DNA of 64,000 nucleotides from Plasmodiophora brassicae (Eukaryota): NCBI GenBank assembly GCA_036867785.1, contig CP145411.1, positions 124,001 to 188,000 of the forward strand, read 5' to 3'. Shown piece by piece: positions 55,601 to 64,000 of this stretch (position 1 is its first letter; each line of letters starts with the position of its first letter). The notes under the pieces were generated by a model. It saw only the letters and a program-made list of their open reading frames with translations, ran no database searches and was not told where the DNA came from. The position numbers and the translations under genes were made by a program.

Positions 55601-58600
55601 CGCGTAGAGGAGCTACCAGAAGACGAAAATCCGAACGTGTGCAAAACCAAGTCATGAATTGTGGGCAGTGTTGAACCACACATAGTACAAAGGTAAAGTG
55701 AGGGCAATTCCACAGCCTTCGAGACACCAGGTCACCAAATGCAAAATGGCACCCCGGTGCTACGCTACCTTAGCGAAGTTTGGCATGTCGTACTCGCCAA
55801 AGACAATCGTCGAGACGATACGCTGAAGAACAGGACATGCGGCCATTATACTGGAAATGGCCTAGCACCAAGCACTTGAGGCGGACACTCGGTAAAGAAG
55901 TGCAAAAGTCTACCTGAGGTTGCTTCTGCAGGTTGGATAAAGCTTCCAAGACGGCCCCGGAATTCTCAACGTATAGCTGAACGAGGTCGGAAGAAACGTT
56001 GTGAGATGTCAGGAGGAACATCATGTGGGAGTTGGCAATGCGACTACGCTTTTCTTGATCGCCATGCTGAACGAGCATCACTCGCTAGATGAGTTTCATT
56101 GTTCGAACACAAAGGGAGATACGTGACATACCTCGGGAACTTTCGAATCTACAGATAAATCAAAGTGCGGGTGAATAAGGATATCCTCCACTGCATTGCC
56201 ACCGTCGAGGATGTCCTCAATTGACGAATACTCATATTCTTTTGACCTGCGTCCTCCTAAACGTTCCAGCGGAACCTCAGCCAGGCCTGAGAAGCCTCCG
56301 AAAGAAGCGTGTAGTTGCTGCATCATTTTGATTATATCGCCTGTAGGACACTGTTGGAAACTGTAAAGCGGCTTGTAGGTGATGAACGATACCAAGCGAG
56401 CTGCTCTCTGGATGAAACTGCCTGGACGTTGAGGCAATGCCCAACAAAACATGGGGTAAATAGGCTCCCGCAAGTGACTTCCGGAACTGGAACTGCTGCA
56501 CTTCAGTCGATATCGTGCCGTCGAATCCAGAGATGCTGTCAGCCTAAGTGAAATCTCTTAGGCCCATGCAGAACACCGGATAGTTGCGGATGACCTGCTG
56601 AACGGTGCACCCTAGAAATGCACGAACAAACTCAAGAACAGGGTGACAGCTGACGGCGTCTACTCGTGTTCCGTTCACAATGGATCTGTTGAAAAGGTCC
56701 CGTTGGAAACAAAACCTGACAGGCCTGCGATCAGTGGATTGCTTGGACGGAAAACGTATCTTATTACAGAAGCCTCGCTGCACGCTCTGCAGGAGCGAAG
56801 CGATCGCTGTTGACTGTGCCCAATTTAGGGCCTACGTAAGAGGTTAAACATTTCAGAGAACAAAGCTAGTCAAGGCGAACGTACTTAAGAACGAGGTTGA
56901 ATGCGTCGATTCGAACGCTTCTGGGAACGGGGACGCCAGAAGGATGAGGGCCTTATGAATCGTAGCCATCTTCATTGGAGCAGCATCGCTGCTTCCTGCT
57001 CGCATAATCTTGTTCAAAATCGGCGAGACAACAGGGTCATTCTTGTATCGGGCGAAATCCGAGTCGCTGACTTGTATGTCGGCAATGACGCGACATACCC
57101 GCTTCCAAACAATATTTTCCGATCCCTCGCTCTTAATGTCGAGCACCAAGTTTGACCACGAATCTGAGCATGGCCTGAGTGATAAGTAACTCCGATTACA
57201 ACGCAAATCATACCCTCATCGAGACCGAAAGCCAAATCGGTCAAATATCCTGGATCAATTGAAACAGAGGAAACGCAGAACAGGTAGTCCGATATCGCTT
57301 TCCTTGCAGGTTGAGTAAGGACCAAATCGCGTTTGAACGACGATGACGGGGTTAGAGGGATTGAAGCATCAAACATGCGAGATAAAAATGAAACCTGTCA
57401 ATGTTTGAGACGCGTAGTTAGGCGAATGGCACCATTTACTGTACCTGCTGGCTTGCTTTCGGCATGAAAATTTGCATACCGTCGCAAACGACTTTGATTG
57501 CCCAATTAGCTGTAGCTGCCCGAAACGGATCGCGGCTTTCCTGGAAATCATCAAAGCCGCTCCCAATCACGCGAACGAGATCTTGGAATGCAGAAGACAG
57601 GTATTCTATTGCTTCATGGTCAACAGCGCAACGATTCTCATATCCATCCCATTTACCTTTCTTCACTGCATCTGCTGACCGGACGTCACGAGCGGCGGGG
57701 TACGTTCGGTACTTGGCAATGAGGCAAATTTGGAAGTGAAGAACAGACAGCAGTTTTGGGAGAAGCGCGGACCAGGCCTGCCGCAAGAACAAGTCCAACT
57801 CGTGGCCGGCCTGGTTCAGAGCATCTACATCAACCATGCTGGCGCGAAACTGGTTTGACTGCTGGACTGTGCTGATCCCCTTTACGACGACTTTAACGTC
57901 AGCCGTCGCAAACTTGTACCCAATCAGGTCGAGTATGTGAACAGCCTCCGGAACATTAACAATGTCTCTTCGGAGGACATCGGAATCCATGTAAAGCGTG
58001 TGGAAGGTGGGGTTTGTGGGATCCAACTTGAGCAGGCGAACGAGTTTCAGAAGAGTTCGAGCAGTTGAGACGCGTTGCTCAAAGCTAGTGTCCGAGCGAT
58101 GAAGCTTCACGACTGCATCGTGAACGTCGGCAAGCAGCTCCGAGTCGAAAGAATCACGACGCACCTCTTCATTCCGAATCCTCGCGAAATAGCAATACAT
58201 GCAGCGGTTCAGCAATTCCAACAGGGAGGCGAAAGATGCCGAGTCAAATCCAATAATGAGCGTCGGCACCGGTGCATCCGAGTTCGAAGCCTGAGAGCAC
58301 ATGGTCGCCAGGACGTCCACGAGAGCGGCGCAAGCCACAGAGCATTTGACACCAGGCGACTTGCGTGTCGCGACCGGAATATCGTCGGCACGACCGCCCT
58401 CGCGAGACGTTTGCACTGGATTGGAATATCGGATGCAGTTGAGGCTGTTGAGAGCTTGCCATGGCAGGCGAAGATCGTCGTTGAGATTTTCGCAGCTCAT
58501 CATCATCAGGACAGAAGCCGTCTGAATCAACACGTGAAACGATGCTGTGCTTGCACTGAACGCTAGCAGCAACCGCCCAAGGACAGCTGACTTGTTCTCC

Positions 58601-59481
58601 TTCCTCAGTCGATATAGCGAGGAGTACACGGACGATGCCTTCAGGTTTTCCCAGAGGGTGCCCAGGTACGCAATGCATAGTTCGTCTTCGCGGGTCCCGA
58701 ACGTCTTCTTGATTTCGCCGCCAGACGTGGCCGCGACAAACGCAGGACCAAGTTGTCCATAAGTGGCGAACTCAAACTCAGTAGCAAACGCATTCGTAAT
58801 CAACGCTTTCTCGCTCGCAACCATCTCCCGATCGGCAAGCGACCGGACCTTCTTCAGAATGGTCATCGCTCCCGCAGCGCTGCCGCGAATACCAGGCACA
58901 TCCTCTAAGCCTTGTTTCACCAATTTCAGTCGAAGGCTATCTCTCAATGACGCCGTCGGATGCCCTTGAAGAGCACGACGAACCCGATTTCCCACAATAT
59001 CAAGTTGTACGCGACGAGCGCGGCACATGAACTCGATGAGAAGACAGCCAAAGTTCGACTGGTACAGAGCCATTGCGGGACTAACCGGGACCGATTGAAT
59101 ACCGGCTGCGTCACGATCAGGAGGAACATGAATGCGTTCCCGGCAGAGTAGTCGAGCGGCGCGAAGTCGCGCTGCCCGAGGAAGACACTTTGTGGGAAGA
59201 TCGCCATATCTGTCATGGATTTGAGCTCTACGAACAACAAAACTTTAGGAGGGCGCAACCAAGGCAGGGTTCACGACGATGTCAACTAACGTTCCCTCTG
59301 TGTGTTCGGCATTGGCGATTCGTACAAGTTCGTAGATGTGGTGTGGCGGGAGGATAACGCGTTTGCCATGGCAGACGAGCAGTGGCTGGAGCGCATCGGG
59401 CCGGCAATCCAGGGACAGGGTCCACGTTTGCGCACCGGGCGGATCGCCGATGCCGGCGTCGCTGTCGAGGATGTTGCCCAT
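46638..59481 (-). CDS. Giant multi-exon HECT E3 ubiquitin ligase (PUB-like, two UBA, WWE-like and HECT domains)
   Basis: C-terminal HECT: WRVKFVGERGHDVGG, FEFVGKLMGIA, LEVLVCG, FLQFVWGRSRLP, LPVAHTCFFALELPRYSS. UBA-like LSALGFP..CEKAL...LAANWL and MPKSW..QALQK..AVEWIF; WWE-like WEPFDD..TAQLEERW; PUB-like LLKLV..L..DP...HILDLIGY. Same-strand ORF pieces run up to MGNILDS at 59481; a single gene is assumed. Confidence 0.8.
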
Positions 59482-59922
59482 CGACACCCGGGAGCAGCTG
59501 CCCAGTGACGACCCACCGGCTATGGCGCGGCCACATCCCGCGCCACAGCCGTCACATCCGAATGACCCACTGGCAGCTTCTCTCCTTTGTCATCATTTTC
59601 GAACGGTGTTTTTTGAGCCGTCATTTGACATTCCACGTCCTGCTGGAATGGGACCTGAATCCAGGTCCACTCGTGTATTGTAGTAGTTTGCGACGCACAT
59701 CCTGCCCTGTTATCCGGGGACATGCCGACCTTGATATCGCGTACGACGCGGTCGATCGATGACATCGCCTGTCCCGCTATCCGGATACTCAGCTTTGGAG
59801 ACCTGACCAGCTATTTGTGTTGCAGCAGACTGGCGGCAAACGCACAGTGCCGTAACTGCATCCGGGCGTGCGGACTCCGTGACACCCGTGACTCGGTTCG
59901 GTGCATCAGGCAGGGCACTGGA

Positions 59923-61735
59923 ATGGCCTTGAGCGGGCTATTCAACGGAAACCGGTTCTCGTTCGGATTCGATGCTGATCAGGACAGGTCCGAGAAGGAA
60001 CATCCGAAACCATGTACAATAGCTGCCGATGCCGGTGATAGCGGGTGTCTCGCTGTCGTCATCAACGATATCGATGCTGGATCGGTGCAGTTTTGCGCCC
60101 GTCAAGTCGTTCGAGTGGACTGGTCCAGCAGCTCCTGGAGGCAGATCGCTGTTGTAGACAAGCCTGGGCAGGCTCCTGTGTTCGTTGATGCAAAGTGTTT
60201 GTCGCTGATGGACACGGCTTCCCGTCGCGTCGACGATGATCTCTGGCTGCTCGATATCGTTTTCGGTTTCGATACCAAAACGATTCCAACTGGGAAGCTC
60301 CACTTCTCCACCAACCCACTGACGATAGAGCCGTCCTTGCAGAGCATCGTCTGGCCCCTTCACGTGAACGCCTTCATGCGCGATGTCTACAACCGACGCG
60401 CCCTGGTTGTCCATGCCGGCGTTCACCGAACGCGCTTTCTCAGGGACAGTCTCTCCGATTTCAACGTCGATTCGCTATTGGATTCCGCCTCGCGTATCGT
60501 GGTGTGGATGAGGAGTGCAGTAGACGGGCGCATGCAGTACCTGGACGTTGGATCGCCAGACGTCGCCCGTGCCTGTTACCGAGCTGGGCATTCGCTGTAC
60601 TTCAACCCGGAGTACGACTTCCAGAAGCGATTCATTCGTGGCATCTGTCAGGACCTTGGCATGGATTTTACCAGGGCTATCCAGGACGGCGGCATAGGCG
60701 GCGACGTGGAAGTATTCGCAGTGGCAGGGCGCCATCACACGCCTTGGCATTGGGATGCGCAGCACAACTTCACTGGTTCGGGACACACGGCATCCAGCGC
60801 CGACAATGTCATCTGACATGGTTTGCATAGTGCAATTGTCGGGGACCAAGCATTGGGCCATTGCCAGAGGACCGCAGACCGACCCGATGACGAACTTCCA
60901 CCCGCGATCGTCGAACTCAGCATCTCTGGCTGACGACACCATCATGCTTCGTAGGTGTGGGCTCGTGCCAGACCAGCTTGAGCCACCTGGCGATTCCAGT
61001 GAGGCCGTTTCGCGTTTCACCCTGCGACCAGGTTCGGTCCTGTACATGCCCGCTGGGTTCTGGCATCGCGTTGACGTGATCGACGACGAACCGTCCCTAT
61101 CGATCAACTTCTCTATCGACGGTGCGCGTTGGGCTGACGTGCTGGCGAACAGACTTTTGCCGTTGCTATGGGCCGATCCTGAATGGAGGCGGAGACCGGA
61201 TATGTCCCAAGGCCCAGATCACGCTCGACAGCATTTCGTATCGTTGATTCACCGGTCGATGAAGGTAATCGTTGATCATTCACATGTCCATCTGGTTGTT
61301 AACGATGGTGTTCAGAGCATTCTGGAAGATCTGACCACGGATCCCGGTCTGCCAGATGGCGTATTCGAAGACGCCCGTCCTGCGAGTGATGAGCCGGTCA
61401 GCATTGACGGCACCTTCCGAGACGAACATGACGGCATTGCATGCGAGCAAATCCTTCGACGTTCCCATTCTGTTGTGCTGCATCGCTTGCAGCCATCCGT
61501 CTACTCGTTGTCCCTTGGGCAGGCGCGATTCGCAGATGGTTTCAAGCCGGAATTCACAATGACGCTGACTGTTCCAGCAGCACTGGAACCAGTCGCGTAC
61601 CACCTGTCGACATTGGCACAAGGGTTGACATTCGCCATGGCTGACCTGCGACGCCTCGTGCCTGCTGCCGATCATCCTGCGCTCAATCACCTTATCTCCG
61701 AGCTGATCTTTCGAGGTTACCTAATTCCTAATTAG
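59923..61735 (+). CDS. JmjC/cupin-4 2OG-Fe(II) oxygenase (RIOX/ROXA-like); in-frame upstream ATG at 59722
   Basis: TPWHWDAQHNFT|VQLSGTKHW (HxD) and LRPGSVLYMPAGFWHRV (distal His). Intron ~60775-60830. Confidence 0.85.
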
Positions 61736-61797
61736 TTAAACTGCATTGCGACAACGAGACAAGCACTGGCATCAATAAATAGGGGATGGCTGTATGA

Positions 61798-64000
61798 TTA
61801 GGCGGGAGGAACGGAGAGATCCAGTTGTTCGTAGGCGAGACGACGGAGCCGTTGAGCCTGATCGGCGATGGGGTTGCCAGTGCCATTGTACGTGACCGCG
61901 TTAGAAACAAGCAGATCCAGGTCATGCGTGAATGCCTTGACTGAGTCGTACTCGCTGCGTTCCAGGCGCTCCTTCATGGACGTCAGGCTGACTGGAGACC
62001 GGATCTTCTGGTGGTAGTCAGGCACTTCCGATTTCTTGACGTTGAACCGGAACAGGATCGAATCTGGGTTCGCCCAGAGCGTCTCGATGATCGCCCCCAA
62101 ACGGGCCCATAGCGCCTGAAGCTCATGGTATTCAACAAGGTGTCGTTCGGTCTCCTCGACAGCGGCACGGTTATTCTCCAGGTCGCGTTTGGCCGCATCG
62201 ACAACGATCTTGGCGTGAAGTGTCAGAAAGTTCTCAGGGCCGTTGTACGCGACCGAGTTGGACTCGATCAGCTCGAGGTCCGCCACGAAATCGGCACGTG
62301 ACGTGTACGCACACTCCCGAACCTTCTTCTTCATCAGGTCAATGTACATGGGCTTCTTGACGATGGTTGAATAGTTCGGCGCAATGTCGTCGGTGACCGG
62401 CTTCGAGAACGTTGCAACCCCAATCACATCGCTTGTCGCATCGAGGGCGCTGTTGAAAAACGAATTCAGCGTGATCTGCGGGTCGCCGCGCCTTCGGAAC
62501 GACGCTCTCCTCTTTAGGCAGCGCTGTTTTCATCGATTAGACGAGATGTTCGGAGAATCATATCTGTCCAGTACCTCTGCTTCTCCGTCAGCCACAACAG
62601 CTATGCTGCGTTCGCGATCGCGCTTTCGCTTCTTCTTTGTCGAAGGGGCACTGGCTGCCTTGGCCGCCGCGGGAGGGTGCGCCTTTGGCGTTGGCTGATG
62701 CGGTTCGCCGTCAGCTCGTCGATGTTCGGTGCCTTTCTCGCCATGAGCATGACGTTGCGGCGTAGGAACTTTCGTCAGACTGAGCGTTACGCGCGATTCG
62801 GCATCCGTCACTTTCAGAACAAGATTGTCTGCGCCCAGATCTCGTTAGTGAACGTGACAGGAATCACTGCACGGAAACGCTCACCAGGATGATTGGGACA
62901 CTTGCGGTTCGACTTCGTGTGCCCGAACTGGCGGCAGGAACTGCATTTCACCATGGGCTTGCCATTGGGACCCAGGACAGGTGTGCGAGGAGGACGCGGT
63001 CGAGAAGGTCGAGGAGCACGCGGTTTCGCTCCAGCCCTCGCCTCCTTCATCCGGCGGCTCGCGGACCGCGCCCCAGACGTCGTTCCAGGCAACAATCTGA
63101 CATCCACATTGGAATGGCCATTACCAAACGCTAACACCAGCAATACCTCTTCCTCGATCTGCCAGACTTCATGTCATCCCGTTTGGTTCGGAAGATTCGA
63201 GATTTCGCGGACTCGCCCGCTTTGCCGACAGGCATGGGGGTCGTCGAGCCATCGGCAACAGGGGGCGTGCCGGTCGCGGCGTTGAACGCTGCCGCAGACG
63301 ACGAAAGTGCATCCTCAAGCGCCTTCAACCGGGAACCGTTATCGACCTTGTCCGCTACTACACGGTAAGCAATCGGGCAGCGGGACACGGCAGATGCACA
63401 GCATACCAAGATACGCTTCAACCCATGCAGGATCGTCAATGATGGTGACGCGCTCATGTTCCGTTCCATCGAGGTCGCGCGTAACTTCCCGACGCCGAAT
63501 CCGCCTTCGGATGGTTTTCGGTTTTGTAGAAGGCACTCCTGGGGCAGGTCCTTGGGTCGGGGCAGCAACCACAACCTTGCCTTCGTCAACGTCCATGGCC
63601 TGGACGTCAGTGGCAGGCGGCGGAGGCTGAGAAGCGGCCGCAGCCTTGGACGACTGCTCACGCATGAACTTATCGTATTCTGCCTGTTCTTGATCCGCCG
63701 TCGCAGGCGCCGAAGCCGCGCGATCATCCAGCATGTCCTCGAGATCAGCGGCGAGCTCATCGGCTTCGTCTTCGCTTGACCTGTCGTCCAGCGAAGGCGG
63801 AACCGAACAACGAAGGACTTCACATTGGCGATCAAATATCTTCTGCGCTTCCTTCAAGAACCGTTGATGTTGCACACGGTTCGTGTTCCGTTGCTGTCGC
63901 GCGAATCGACCGAATTGTGTCACCTCGCCGTTCAGCGTTGCGTCAGACGACAGCTGGCGAAGAAGAGCAACCCGTTTCCATCTCGCCAGCGATTTCACTT
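61798..64000 (-). CDS. TAF1: TFIID subunit 1, 3' part (runs off window)
   Basis: RWKRVALLRQLSS...RFAR...QKIFDRQ, zinc knuckle CSSCRQFGHTKSNRKCP, and tandem bromodomains (APNYSTIVKKPM...NSVAYNG; VPDYHQKIRSPV...NAVTYNG). Confidence 0.92.

Overview
Gene-dense, GC-rich eukaryotic DNA with many short (~50-65 nt) GT-AG introns and very short intergenic spacers. Flagellar genes (DRC2/CCDC65-like, LRRC56-like), a GPI-type expansin-like protein and secreted repeat proteins suggest a zoosporic plant-associated protist such as a plasmodiophorid (inference only). In order: three tandem SLC19-type folate/thiamine carriers, pirin, two paralogous secreted proteins sharing an unrecognised ~65-aa helical module, a caprin-like gene, Elongin C, DRC2-like, expansin-like, tRNA-Ile(UAU), a THUMP protein and AP beta-adaptin. 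An ~8-kb mobile-element island follows (22.8-30.8 kb), then class II HMG-CoA reductase with a long C-terminal extension, a membrane RING-H2 ligase, an OB-fold protein, RPS19, EXO1, a Zn2Cys6 protein, a DH-PH RhoGEF, LRRC56-like, a giant HECT ligase, a JmjC oxygenase and the 3' part of TAF1. The island is the most unusual part. It holds a 2.4-kb TG...CA element with a TTAG target duplication, built from 70-bp palindromes around cassettes in both orientations plus a chromovirus integrase remnant. It also holds two young, nested, non-coding LTR elements whose primer-binding positions are complementary to their own LTRs (Tf1-like self-priming) rather than to tRNA; the inner one is filled with a 147/155-bp tandem array. 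Exon boundaries and repeat identities were read by eye and no database search was run.
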